The notes under the pieces are model-generated. The model ran no database searches, was not told where the DNA came from, and saw nothing but the letters and a program-made list of their open reading frames with translations. Shown here in pieces: positions 25,921 through 37,650 of a DNA stretch of 64,000 nt. A program made the translations under genes and the position numbers. Source of the stretch: Eledone cirrhosa (lineage: Eukaryota); assembly GCA_964016885.1 (NCBI GenBank), contig OZ024742.1, forward strand, positions 206,150,001 through 206,214,000, in the 5' to 3' direction. The first letter of the stretch is position 1, and every line of letters starts with the position of its first letter.

Positions 25921-27881
25921 TTACCTTACTTCTCGTAGGGGAAGGACGGTTTTTCCATCCTTTTCACTGCTTGTGGCCTCCTCAGGAAGGATGTCCTTAT
26001 AAATCCTCCTGGAGAGTGCTTGTCGGAAGTCTCCGATGTCTTTGGGGAATTTTTGTTTTAGTGTCATGTACGTTTTCTGTGTGATGCGAGTGATTTGTAT
26101 GTGTGGAGGTGGTGTGAATTTTGGGGTTGTTGTGTAGTCTTTTTCTGTGATGCTGGTGTTGTGTTGGATGTAGTGCAATAATTGCTTGTTGTTCAAATTT
26201 AATGCTGTGTAGTGTGTATCGTTTTGGTTGTTTTGTTTTGTTTGTGTTCGTTGTGGGTTTGTGTCTGTTTCGCATTTTGGTGACTTTTGTGGTGTAGGTG
26301 ATGGTGGTGGTGTTTGGGTTGATGGGGTTGGTGATGCTGGTGTGGATGGTGGCATATCTGTCCTAACTTTTTTGTTTCTTAGTTTATTTGTTTCCCTCTG
26401 TATTTTGTTTTTGGAGGGGGAAGGAAGAGAATTTTTTCTTTTTTGGTTTCTTTTTTTTTTCCGGATATCGTTTCCCACTCCTCGTCGTCACAATCTGTCT
26501 CCAGTTGTGATAGGCCGGGGAGTGGAAAATCCTCCACAGCCGTTAGTTTTGGTTGTGGTGTGGTGGATGGTGTAGGCGCTGGTGCTAGTTCTGAAGCGTT
26601 GGGTGGTGGTGGTGTTGGTTTTGCTGGTGGTGGTAGTGGTGTTGGTTTTGCTACTGTTGCTGGGGTTGTTGCTGTTATAGTTGCTTCTGTTGTTGCTGCT
26701 ACAGTTGTTGCTGCCATCTCTGCTACTGGTGGTGTTGATGGTTGTGTCACTGGGGTGGGTAGGAGAGGTGGCCTCAACCTTTTAGCCTGAGGGCAGAAAG
26801 CCCTTAGGTGGGTTCCTTCACCACAAACGACACACCTAGGTCTTCTGCCCTCGACAATTACCGTGAGGTGGCTGCCGTCAGTGAGGTCTATTACCTCTGG
26901 GATCTCCTCAATGCTTTTTTGGTCCGTTTGGATCAGGAGCTCCATCCCAGATCCGGACCAGTTTTCCTGCTTTTCTTTTGCTACTGCTATTATTTTCGTG
27001 TTGGCTTCGATGCCGGCGAGGACAGCCGCTATTAGCCAGGGAATTTCGATGGCCGGTGGAACGTGGGTCACCCTGATCTTTACGAGTCTCTGGCCACAAT
27101 AGCTTGGGACGAGTGTGAGGTCGTCACTTTTTAATGGGGCCATGGAGTGTTCTCTAGCCTCCTGTGGTGTTTCAAAGAACACATCCACGGTTCCATACTT
27201 TTTCCCACGTCTGATGTGGGTTTTTCTTGCCCACACATGTCCCAAAGCTTTTTGGATTTGGGACTCGGATGCCCGTTCCACTCGGCGCGATTTTACATTT
27301 ATTGTTCTATACGACACGGTGCACAGGCGCCGATGCTCCATTTTATTATGGGGGGGGGCTGACCCTGTACCCATCTTTCTTTACCATTTGTTTGGCATTT
27401 TCTAAATCTTCTTGAGTTACCGTGAACGCTTCGAATTGTTTTGCTACGATGGCGAAACTGAGGGTCGGTTTTATAATGTCATTGTTGTTGTTGTTGCTAT
27501 CGTTATTTGTGTTAATCTTAATTTTTGTTTCAGTTGTGGTGGTGGTGACGTCATTCGTCTTTGGTGCGGAAGAGTCCATTTTGCTTGATTTTATTTCGAC
27601 ATCACGAGTTAATTTATTTTTTTCTTCTTTTGTTTCCGTTGTCGCGGTGGTGGTGGGGGTGGTGGTTGTCGCGTTGGTGGTGGTGATGGAGGCTTTAACA
27701 CCTGCAGTCATTGGTAATGGCGGGAAATGAATGTCTGCCTGAGACAAATTTAAAATATTGCTACTGCTTATATTTTTTTTGTGTTGGCAAACGTAGTAAC
27801 ATTTACAATGGTGGTGTCGGTGTGAGGTGTTAATTTGTGAGGAAGGTTTTCAGCTGCTTGTTGCAGAGGTGAATTAGCCAT
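25921..27881 (-). pseudogene. Tx1 copy 3 ORF1, frameshifted at homopolymer runs
   Basis: MANSPLQQAAENL... CVVCGEGTHLRAFC ...LPLREVR*; shifts near 27775 (T run), 27355 (G run) and 26455 (T run). Confidence 0.88.
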
Positions 27882-28088
27882 TTTTTTTGAAAGAAATTTT
27901 TGATAATAATAAAAGTTTAAATTTTGGGCACAAGGCCCCAATCTTTTTGGGTGTCCTTTTCGGAAAACAATGTATGTGCGCTTATAAACAGTTAACAATA
28001 AAATTTTCCATAAATGACAATTTTTAACAAACGGAAATAACAAACCTTTGCGGAGCTCACGATGATACGATTTACTACGTAGGTCGCC

Positions 28089-28149
<61 letters not shown>

Positions 28150-28152
<3 letters not shown>

Positions 28153-29169
28153 GATAGGAAGACTAGGAAGCTATTGACTATCTACAACATGTTCCACAAG
28201 AGGAGTGATGTCGATAGACTCTACCTAAGGAGATCTGAGGGTGGAAGAGGTCTTATCAGCATAGAGGACTGTGTTCAGATGGAGAAAAACAACCTATACA
28301 AATACGTGACCTATAGTAAGGAGCCAATGCTCAGAACTATTCTGAAGGAGGGGACAGTAGGCCAGGGGATGTCCAAGGAGGAAATAACATCAAGGAGGAA
28401 GAGCAGCCTTAAGGGAAAATCCCTTCATAGTACCTTCTTTGAGAAAACTGAATTTAGAGATCCACAGACATGGAACTGGTTGAGAAGAGGAGACCTCAAA
28501 AAGGCTACAAAAGGAATGCTAATGGCTGCGCAGGAGCAGGCCCTCAAAACGAAGTGGTTGAAGCACCATATCTACAAGGAGGAGGCTAGCCCACTGTGCA
28601 GGATCTGTGGAGAGAGAGAGGAGACTGTGGCTCACATTGTGTCCGAGTGTAAACACCTAGCCCAGACCCACTATAAGGGCTGGAGACACGATGTGATGGG
28701 CAGGGTGATCCACTGGCACCTGTGCAAAGTAAACAATTTACCACACTCTGAGAAATGGTATGAGCATAGGCCAGAGGCGGTGATGGACAACAATCGGGTG
28801 AAGGTGCTGTGGGATTTTAGGATACAGACGGACAAAAAACTGGAACACAATAGACCTGACCTGGTGGTTGTGGACAAAGAAAAAAGATCGTGTCTGATTG
28901 TGGATGTGGCCTTCCCTTTCGACACGAGAGTGCAAGAGAAGGAGAGGGAGAAAATTAACCGATACCAGGACCTAAAGTGGGAGGTGAAAAGGATTTGGAA
29001 CTGCCATGAAGTCAAAGTGATCCCGATTGTCATGGGCGCACTGGGGACTATCTCCAAAAGTTTCCAGGGATGGTTAAAGAAAATCGGCCCCGTCACGCTT
29101 TTTGGAACGCTTCAAAAGGCATGCTTGCTTGGAACAGCAAGAACCCTCCAATACGTCCTGAATATCTGA
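28150..29169 (+). CDS. Intact 339-aa C-terminal ORF of an R4/Dong-type LINE (CCHC finger + PD-(D/E)xK restriction-like endonuclease); element extends to ~29243
   Basis: CRICGEREETVAHIVSEC, RHD, HNRPDLVVVD..IVDVAFPFD..EKINRYQDL. No RT. Expression unknown. Confidence 0.6.
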
Positions 29170-29273
29170 GGCTGCAGGTAGTGGCTTGATATTCATTCCA
29201 ACGGACTTTCCAGTTAACCAACATCAATGACTGAGATTCAAGGAATAACAACAATAATAATAATAATAATAAT

Positions 29274-29538
29274 TGTTTCTACTTTAGGCACAAGGCAAGC
29301 AATTAGCCAGTGCATTACTGGTACTTTATTTTATCGACCCCGTAAGGATGAAAGGCAAAGTCAACCTCGGCGGGATTTGAACTCAGATCGTAAAGGGACG
29401 TAACTATGCTGGAAAGCATGGCGTCCGACCTTCTACCGATACTGCCAATCCACCGCCAATAATAATAATAATAATGTTTCTACTTTAGGCACAAGGCCAG
29501 CAATTACCCAGTGCATTACTGGTACTTTATTTTATCGA
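29274..29538 (-). mobile_element. Two Deu/Nin-type SINEs (29274-29457 full length; 29475-29538 5'-truncated)
   Basis: Match the SINE consensus; separated by (AAT)n. Confidence 0.88.
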
Positions 29539-29557
29539 ATAATAATAATAATAATAA

Positions 29558-29882
29558 TTTAAAAAATGTGGAAATTGAGAACTGAAACAATACCAGTGGT
29601 TGTAGGCACTCTAGGAATGATACCTAAGGGGTCTAATGATTACGTATCGCAAATCCCAGGAAACCCGCGTATAGGAGAAATACAAAAGATAGTACTAATG
29701 GGAACTGCCCATATACTAAGGAAGATTCTGTCAATATAAATACATCACAAGTCTAAACACCTAAAGATGCATGTGTGTGTATGTATGTTCTTTCTTAAAC
29801 ATGGCGGACCTTGTTGTCTCTTGAGGTCACTGGTTGTGACTTGGTGATAACTTGTATGAACATAAAGCAAGATAAATGCAAC

Positions 29883-29883
<1 letters not shown>
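29558..29883 (+). mobile_element. R4/Dong-type LINE extreme 3' end, family B
   Basis: KMWKLRTETIPVVVGTLGMIP...IQKIVLMGTAHILRKILSI*, with a distinct 3' UTR, between (AAT)n tracts. Confidence 0.82.
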
Positions 29884-29940
<57 letters not shown>

Positions 29941-30210
29941 GTAATAATAATAATAATAATGATTTCTTTATTAACTACAAGGGTTTACATAAAGTAGACA
30001 TTAAGGACAGTGCAGGACAATGCAGGACGGTACAAATGGGCATTTCTGCGTGTAAAAAACAAAAACAGAGGATGTAACAAAAAATAACAATGAAAAATTC
30101 CCCAATAGGGGGGAGACTTCGGAGGGACATTTGTGGAGAAAGCCCAGTAAAAGGCCACAATGACCCTGACCACCAAGGCAAGTGCCCTCTCCCAGTTTTC
30201 CACCTTTAAT

Positions 30211-33200
30211 TTACAGATATATACTCAGAGAAGGCCCATTCACTCGGGCCATTCTTGCTTCTCTCACCCATCTTTCAACAAAATGCTGGGAAGAGAGCAC
30301 TTCCCCCTCTACTCTGATTTTCCTTTTCAAATGAAATTTGAAAAAGTCAATCAGAGCATCACCGAAGAGGTAAGAGCTCGTCTTCAGCCCTTTCAAACGT
30401 GTCCACCATACTATCTCTTTCGCCATGGCCACCAGACAGATAAAAACTGCCTGCCCTTCCTGGCTAAAGGAGGAGGGCGGGGCAATCCTCACGATGGACT
30501 CAGATGATAGCCGGATCCGTCCTAAACGCGACAGCAGGTGTTCGACATAAACCCACAAGTCAGCAATTTTCGGACACTGGACGAGTGCGTGCAGGACGGT
30601 TTCGTCGCCCTGCGCGCATCTCGGACATGCCCGGCTGACGGCACCTCCATGCCTGTAGAGTTTATCCCGAACTGGCAAGGCTCCTCGGTAGCACTGCCAG
30701 GCCAGAGATTTCTGGAAGTTGTCCATAGGCCCCGACCCGAAAGTTCTTCCGAAGAGATTGGCTAGTTGATTTTCGTCGACGCCTAGAGTTTCCCCAAGTA
30801 CGTCGTCGCTCTTCCCCTCCACTAATCCTCTATAGAACGCCGAGGTGGAGTTTCCACCGATCACATTGCCCGATTGGTCGAGGGCTGTGAGCGCCTGAAG
30901 ACATTCCAGTCTCCAAGCGCTCCCTCTCGGTCTTCGCTTGACCCAGGACTGCAGCTCCGTCAAGGAAACGAGCTGGGGAAATACGTGTCTAGAAAACGGC
31001 GACCACACCTGATCACCGTCGAGGAAGAGGTGGAGATGTCGTAGCCTGAGCGCGTGCCTGCGCATCATCAGCCACGGCATGCCCAGCCCTCCACGTAGCG
31101 GGTGTTGACAACAGATGGACCGCCTGACCATCGGAGCACGTCCCTTCCACAAAAAGCGAAAGAGCAAACGCTCCAGCGCAGTCAGGCGAGGCTTAGGACA
31201 AGGTACGACGGTCAGGCGGTAGCAGATGACAGACGCGATGTACGCGTTAGCCACCTCCGCTCGACCTTTCAGGGATAGCTTCCTCTCCGCCCATTTCTGG
31301 GTGAGAGAAGCCACCCTGCTCGTCACCTCGTCCCAGTTTTTGTCCGTCTGGAGGTCTGGACCGAATCAGACCACAAGCAATTTAACCGGCCCGTCCGTCC
31401 AGCGTCCGACGACGCTGTTGGACGGCATGGACCTGCCTCTCCAGGTGCCGAGCTGCAGGCCCACTGACTTTTCCTGGTTGATCATTGCTCCTGTCATCGC
31501 TTCGTATTCTTTTAGTGCAGTGCCGATCGCCTCTATGTGTTTGGCGTTCGACACCACTACGGTGACATCGTCCGCATATGCTGACACGGATCTTCCGCAT
31601 CCTAGTTCGCGCGGGACGCCCCTCAACGTCTCCAGTTTGTGCAGTAATGGCTCGAGAGTCAATACGTACAAGAGGGACGAGAGGGGACATCCTTGGCGGA
31701 CCGAGCGCATGATGTTGAACGGTTCCGACAGGTGACCGTTCACTCTCACCACAGAGCAGATGTCGCTGTGCATGGCAGCGATCCAGCCTCTGAAGACGGG
31801 CCCAAAGCCAGCCGCCCTCAGGACTGCAGCTAGGTAACGATGGTCGACCCTATCGAAAGCTTTCGACTGATCTAAATTGATCAAGGACCCACCCGTGCCA
31901 GGTTCCCTAGCTACCCTCTCTACGATGTATCGCATGAGGTGGAGGTTGTCGTGGATGGATCTGTCGGGAATGGCGCATGTCTTCGCCTCTCCCACCAGAC
32001 CACCAACGACAAGCGCCAACCTCTTTGCTAGCACCTTGGCCAAAATCTTGAACTCTGTGTTTAGCAGAGTTATGGGCCTAAAATTATCTATGTTATCCCC
32101 CTTGTTCAGATCCTTTCTCAGCAGTGCCACCGATCCTCGGCTCACAGAACTGGGAATTCTCCCGTTCTGTTGCCAGTTGCAGTAGACGTCCGCCAAGAGG
32201 CCTCCGAACAAGTCTGGCATCTGTACGTAAAGTTCATAGGGCAGACCATCCAAACCAGGCGATTTACCCCTTGTGCAGCCAGTCATTGCCTCCCTTACTT
32301 CAGCGGCTGTTATCGGCTTTTCGCAACACTTCGCCTCAGTGGCCGAAAGCCGCGGCAGTCCGTCGAGGTAGACACTAAAGTCCATCCTTCGACCCGGCCC
32401 ACCGCTGCCCACAAACAGCTGAGCGAAGTGTCGCTGAAAAGCTTCACACATTTGCCCGGGATCGAGTACCATGCGCCTGTCGTGGTCCACCAAAGACCGG
32501 ATCGTGGCTTTGTTGCCACGACGCGCCTCCGCCACTCGGGCCCATTGAACGGCTTTCGTCCCCTCGTGTCTGAGAGCACGCACCCTTGCTCTGACAACAC
32601 AGCCTTCGTGCTTTGCATTGAAGAATTGGTCAAGGGCCAATTCCGCCGCAAGCACGTCGGTCGCAATGCCTTTGCTAAGCGCCTCGTCTAATTTTCTAAC
32701 TAGTTCTCCCTCTGCTCTATTTTTCTCTATTGCTAAAGCCTTACTAAACCTAATCGATTCTATTCTAATCGCTCTTTTCAGAGCAAACCACCACTTGTTG
32801 TTGACGATGGCCCCCGTCAACGCCCGCTTAACTAGTTCGCTAATCCGGTCTCTGTAGGCCTTGCGCGCTGGTAAGGACGCGTTTAGCTTCCAGTAGCCGG
32901 GTCCTCGTCTATGAAGCCTATCTAAGTCAAGCACACAGATCACGAATTTGTGGTCCGTGTAGCTGACTATCTTTAATTGTGGACAGCCTATGCTAGACCT
33001 AGCTATTTCCCTACAAAATACTCTATCTAGATATGATCTGGATGACCATATGCGATTTGTCCAAGTCCACATTGGCACATTCGGGAAATCCAATCGGTAC
33101 CTGTCAGACAGTTCAAAACGCATGAGCAGGTTGGTGAGGCTCTTGCACCCTCCACCCCTATCCGCTAATCCCACACAGTCCCAGCGTGCATCTAAGATCC

Positions 33201-33628
33201 CGTTCCAGTCGCCCACTATCACTAAAGAGCGAGACGTTCCAAGAAAGGTCTCCAGACGCCGGAAGAAATCAGGCCGCCCTGCACCTGTCGGGGCATAGAC
33301 GGCCACTAGCCTGAAAGCTGCCCGTCTCCGCTGGTCACAGCCAGCACCACCAACTTACCCTCTGGGTCCAGGAAGATGGCCTGTATGGCGAGATCCAAAC
33401 CTCTCCGAAAAAGCACAGCAACTCCTCCCCCGATCCAGGACGGCTGGGAGATGCGTACACATCGTAGCCGCCGAAGATCGGTGCGAAGGCCCGTGCTTCG
33501 GAGATTCTGGTCTCGCTGATGGCCACTACATCTATGTTTAGTGACCTGAGGTCGTTGAGCAGGTGACCCTGCCTCCATGACGACCCCAAGCCACACGCAT
33601 TTATGCTGCCTATTCTGAGTGAGGTCAT
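30211..33628 (-). pseudogene. Tx1 copy 4 ORF2, stop at 31366 and frameshifts in the endonuclease domain
   Basis: 646-aa and 371-aa segments with APE, RT and finger motifs. Confidence 0.92.
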
Positions 33629-33663
33629 GTTTAAAATAGAGTGGAAAAGATGGGAAAGACCAC

Positions 33664-35764
33664 TTACCGTACTTTTCGTAGAGGAGGGATGGTTTTTCCA
33701 TCCCTTTTCACTTGATCGTCTGGTGAAGGGACCGTTGAATCGTCCCTTCGGCTGGTCGTCGGCTCTTCTATGAGTATGTCCGAATATACTCTTCGGTTGA
33801 TAGTTCCTCCTAGGTCTCTGAAATCACCAACTGCGTTGGGGAATTTCGTTTTAATGTTTGTGTATTGTTTCTGTGCTATTTTTAGCAGTCTTATGTTAGT
33901 TGGCGTTTTGATTGGTGCTGGTATTATGTAGTCGTGTTGTGAAATGTCTGTGTGTTCAATTATGTAAGTCATTAGTTTCTTGTTGTGTGTATTTATTGCC
34001 GTGCATTTGTTTTTCTGGGGTGGGGTGTTGTTCTGCTATTTTCTTGTCGTTGTTGCTGGGTGTGTGTGTTTTGTTGTTGTGTTTGCGATGTTGGTGCTTG
34101 TGGTGGTGGTGTTGAAGGTGTTATTGTCGGTGGGGTTGTCGCCGGTGGTGATGGTGGTGCTAGTGTGGGTGGTGATGGTGTTGGTGGTGTTGCTGCTCTG
34201 AGTCTCTTTGCAGTAGACTTTACCCTTTTTTCATTTCTTTCCTCCCTTTTCAAAGGCGACGATGCGCTGCTTCTGCGTTTGTGCCTTCTTACGACCTTTT
34301 GCCATCCCTCTCCCACCTCACACTCCATGTCTGATTCTGTGAGGTCGGGGAGGGGTACCAGCTCCACTCTTTCACTTGTTGTTGTTGGTGATGTTTGCAC
34401 TGGAGGCTCTGTTGCAGCTGCATTTGGTATTGCTGTTGTTGTTGTTAATATTTCCACTGCTGCTGCTGTTTTTGATTTCCGTGGCGTGGGTATGGGTGCC
34501 ACAGACCTATCGTTCCTGGTTGCCACTTGTCCTGTTGCTGGTAGCCGTGGAGCCGGTTTCGGAAGGAGGGGGGTTTTCTCCTTTCTCAGGGTCTTCTCGT
34601 TGCAGAAGGCCCTGAGGTGAGTCTTCGATCCACAGCGAAAGCATTTCGGGCGTTTGCCCTCAACACTTATGGGCAGTTGAGTGCCGTTATCGAAGTCTAT
34701 CACATCCGGGATAGCTTCGATGCACTCCTGGTTGGTTTGGATTAACATCTCAATGGAGGTGCCGACCCAATCTTCTCTTACTTTTTTCTGTACTTGCAGT
34801 ACAGTTGTTTTGTCCTCGATTCCGACGAGGACAGACGCGGCCAGCCAAGATGGGGCCATCCCGGGGGGGGGGGGGGCGTTGGTCAGTTTGACCCTCACAA
34901 TTTTTTGCCCGCAGTAGGAGGGCACCAACACCATTTCCTCGCTCCTTAGGGTCACTACGGATTGAGCCTTTGCCTCCTGGGGTGTGGCAAAAAGTACGTC
35001 TACGGTGGCATATTTCTTGCCTCGAGTGATGTGCGTTTTCCGCTGCCACAAGACCCCAAGGCTTTTTGTATTTGAGCCTCTGTTGCTCTTTCAACCCTAC
35101 GGGATTTTGTACTCACTGTACGGTACGTGACCATACAGTGCTGTTGGGTTTCGAAAAATTTTTCCGCTGCCTTGCAGATTGCTCGGTGTCCAGTTTTTGT
35201 CACCATCATCTTCGCTTCCTCTAATTCCTCATTTGTTATGAGGATTGTTTCCAGGTTCTTCGCGATACCTGCAAACGAGATTGGTTTTTCTTTGCTGCTG
35301 TTGTTGTTGTTGTTGTCGTCAGAGCTGCTGTTACTTTTGTTGTTGCTGCAGGTACTACGACTACCGCCGCCGCCGCTGTTGCTGTGGTTGTTGTTGTTGT
35401 TGCTGCTGCTAATGCTGTTGTTGTTTATGCTGCTGCTGATGCTGTTGCGGCTGCTACTGTTGTTTTCATTGTCACTGTCGCTGTTGTTATTACGGCTGCT
35501 ACTGCTATTATTCCTGACGTCAGACGAATGAAATGGGTTTTCGTATTTCCCGCACACCTGTTTCGTCGTTGTCGTGGAGAAATCTTGCACGCTTTGCACG
35601 AGACTTTTCTTTTCTGTCGTTGCTTGCGAAAGAGAAGGGAGGGAGAGAGACACATTTAAAGAAGGGAGGGAGAGAGACAATCTTCTCTCTGCTGTAGTGA
35701 CGATTGAGGAAGAAGATGACGGAATGAGTGGGAGTGACCTATGAAAATTCTTTTTCGTAGCCAT
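33664..35764 (-). pseudogene. Tx1 copy 4 ORF1, second ORF1 lineage
   Basis: ISFAGIAK, RRVERATEAQIQKALG, CFRCGSKTHLRAFC and GWQKV; one frameshift (~35055) and one stop (33993). Confidence 0.87.
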
Positions 35765-36359
35765 GTTGTTTTTTTTTGTTTAAAATAAATATTGGGCACA
35801 AAACCCCAATAAGCAGTGATTTAACCCCGAAGGGCCAAATAACGGGCAGAAAGACCCCTCTCACGAGGAGGAGGGTGTTTTTGTCTACAAGTTGGTTAAA
35901 GTTTTAAACAATTTACAATTGTTATAGCGTTCAAAATTTACAATAGCTTACAGAGCCGAGCCTCCGTCAACCATAGCATTCAATAATAATAATAATAATG
36001 ATATGTATTGCTCTTTCTATGAAAGAAAAACATATTTTCATTAAATTATATTGAAAGTGGGGTAAAACATTTAGCTAAATTTCTTTCCACACTCCCCCAC
36101 ATTTCTTTCATTACTGCATGAAGTGCGGCGTGGGTAGGAGTTCCTGTATAAGAAGTGAATTTCTTTGAAACAGAAGGCTGTGTAATATATCATGCAATCA
36201 GCTATATCAGTATTGTGATTTCCAGCAGGTAGGCACTCTATCTATACAGAAGCTTTCATTGTTGCAGCAGTGCTCAATCTACAAGGTAAAATGCTTCAGT
36301 GTAATTTCTACTAAATAGAAACTAGATCATTCTCTTTTTCTCATACTTCCATGTTTGTT

Positions 36360-36515
36360 GCATAACCTGCTAAAAATAATCCCTCAAATCACACTCTATC
36401 ATCTTAAATAAACAAAGGACATACTAGCTAATGTAGTCCTATGTACCTCTTAAAAAGATGGGATGGTTATAGTTGGAATGATTTTTGATTAGAGGTTTGC
36501 TGAATCAGGGTTAAC
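36360..36515 (+). repeat. Old unclassified dispersed repeat (also ~39500-39670, ~53440-53600)
   Basis: Shared gacc.gcta.aaa.a.cagccaaatc...caaatcaca...atggt.atag.tggaatg..tttgatca..ggt.tgct.gatcaggg pattern. Confidence 0.5.
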
Positions 36516-36584
36516 ATTATTATTAATATTAATTGTTGTAATGCTTCCATTTTGTTTCATTTAAAAAAATTATTATTATTATTA

Positions 36585-36805
36585 CGGTGGATTGGCAGTA
36601 TCGGTAGAGAGTCGGACGCCATGCTTTCCAGCATAGTTACGTCCCTTTACGATGTGAGTTCAAATCCAGCCGAGGTTAACTTTGCCTTTCATCCTTATGG
36701 GGTCGATAAAATAAAGTACCAGTCACGCACTGGATTCGATTTAATCGACTTTCCCCTCTCCCCCAAATTACTGGCCTTGTGGCTATATAAGAAACCATTA
36801 TTATA
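36585..36805 (+). mobile_element. Deu/Nin-type SINE (a degenerate second copy follows at ~36850-36990)
   Basis: Consensus core and ggccttgtgg tail, with (att)n on both sides. Confidence 0.82.
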
Positions 36806-37291
36806 ATTTTAATTATCTAAAGAAACCATTATTAAACTGATTATTCAAAACCTGCTGAGGTATTTCATCCTTCTTCTGGGGTTGATAAAATAGAGTACTA
36901 GTTAAATATTGGGGTTGATATAATCAACTGCCCTCCACCCCCGCCAAAAAAAAACAAATTGCTGGCCATGTGCCAATGTTAGAATGAATTATTGTATTGA
37001 TTATTATTAATATTTCTCTCCATGTTACTATTATTTTTGCTACCTACTCTGTCTTGTTGAAATAAATTGATATAGTTATGATAGTTATTGTTGTTAGACT
37101 TTGCTGTTGTATACTACTGTATATTTTCTTCCTTTAGCTTTGTCCTATTTTTGTTTTATAACTTGTATTATATAACAGAAATGTTTTTTCTTCTCCCTGA
37201 AACAAAACATCAACTTATTTTACGATAATATTGAATGTTTTAAAAATAAAAATTCAGGTGTGTGTGTATAATACACTTATACACACACATA

Positions 37292-37387
<96 letters not shown>

Positions 37388-37427
37388 ATCATATATATAT
37401 ATCATCATCATCAAGTCCCACCCTTGC

Positions 37428-37508
37428 ATCATCATCATCATCATCATCATTTTACGTCCACTTTTTCCTAAAAGCGGACGTAAAATGATAATGATGATGA
37501 TGATGATA
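37428..37508. repeat. Head-to-head inverted pair of RTE/SINE 3' tails
   Basis: (cat)n-tttacgtccactttt-tcct-aaaagcggacgtaaaa-(tga)n. Confidence 0.7.
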
Positions 37509-37650
37509 TATATATATATATATGTGTATTTAATGGTACTATGGTGCTTCCAGAGGCGGTGTGCCAGTTGAGCACTCTATGTTCTTACAGAGCAGAGTGT
37601 GATATAATATAAAACGAAAAATCAGTGATGCATCTAGACTCAGTTTATTG

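Larger units (their letters stand above)
22226..28088 (-). mobile_element. Full-length Tx1-clade LINE, copy 3 (best preserved)
   Basis: 751-aa uninterrupted ORF2 segment; flanked by (AAT)n at 22194-22225 and 28089-28150. Confidence 0.95.
29961..35981 (-). mobile_element. Full-length Tx1-clade LINE, copy 4 (chimeric: copy-1-like ORF2, divergent ORF1 and 5' UTR)
   Basis: ORF2 30211-33628 is near-identical to copy 1; nucleotide similarity to copies 1 and 3 ends at ~33712. Confidence 0.93.

Noticed and set aside
25887-25925. G|GTAAGT donor overlapping the ORF1 stop plus a pyrimidine tract before the ORF2 ATG (micro-intron fusing ORF1 and ORF2?)
   Set aside because: An acceptor AG before the ATG exists only in copy 3 (others have AAC), and the interval is only ~36 nt.
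7471-35659. Many recurring plus-strand ORFs antisense to Tx1
   Set aside because: Shadow ORFs of GC-rich coding sequence; they recur only because the copies are similar.
7272-35981. Array as a false assembly duplication
   Set aside because: Copies differ by many substitutions and indels, carry different ORF1s and have independent SINE insertions.
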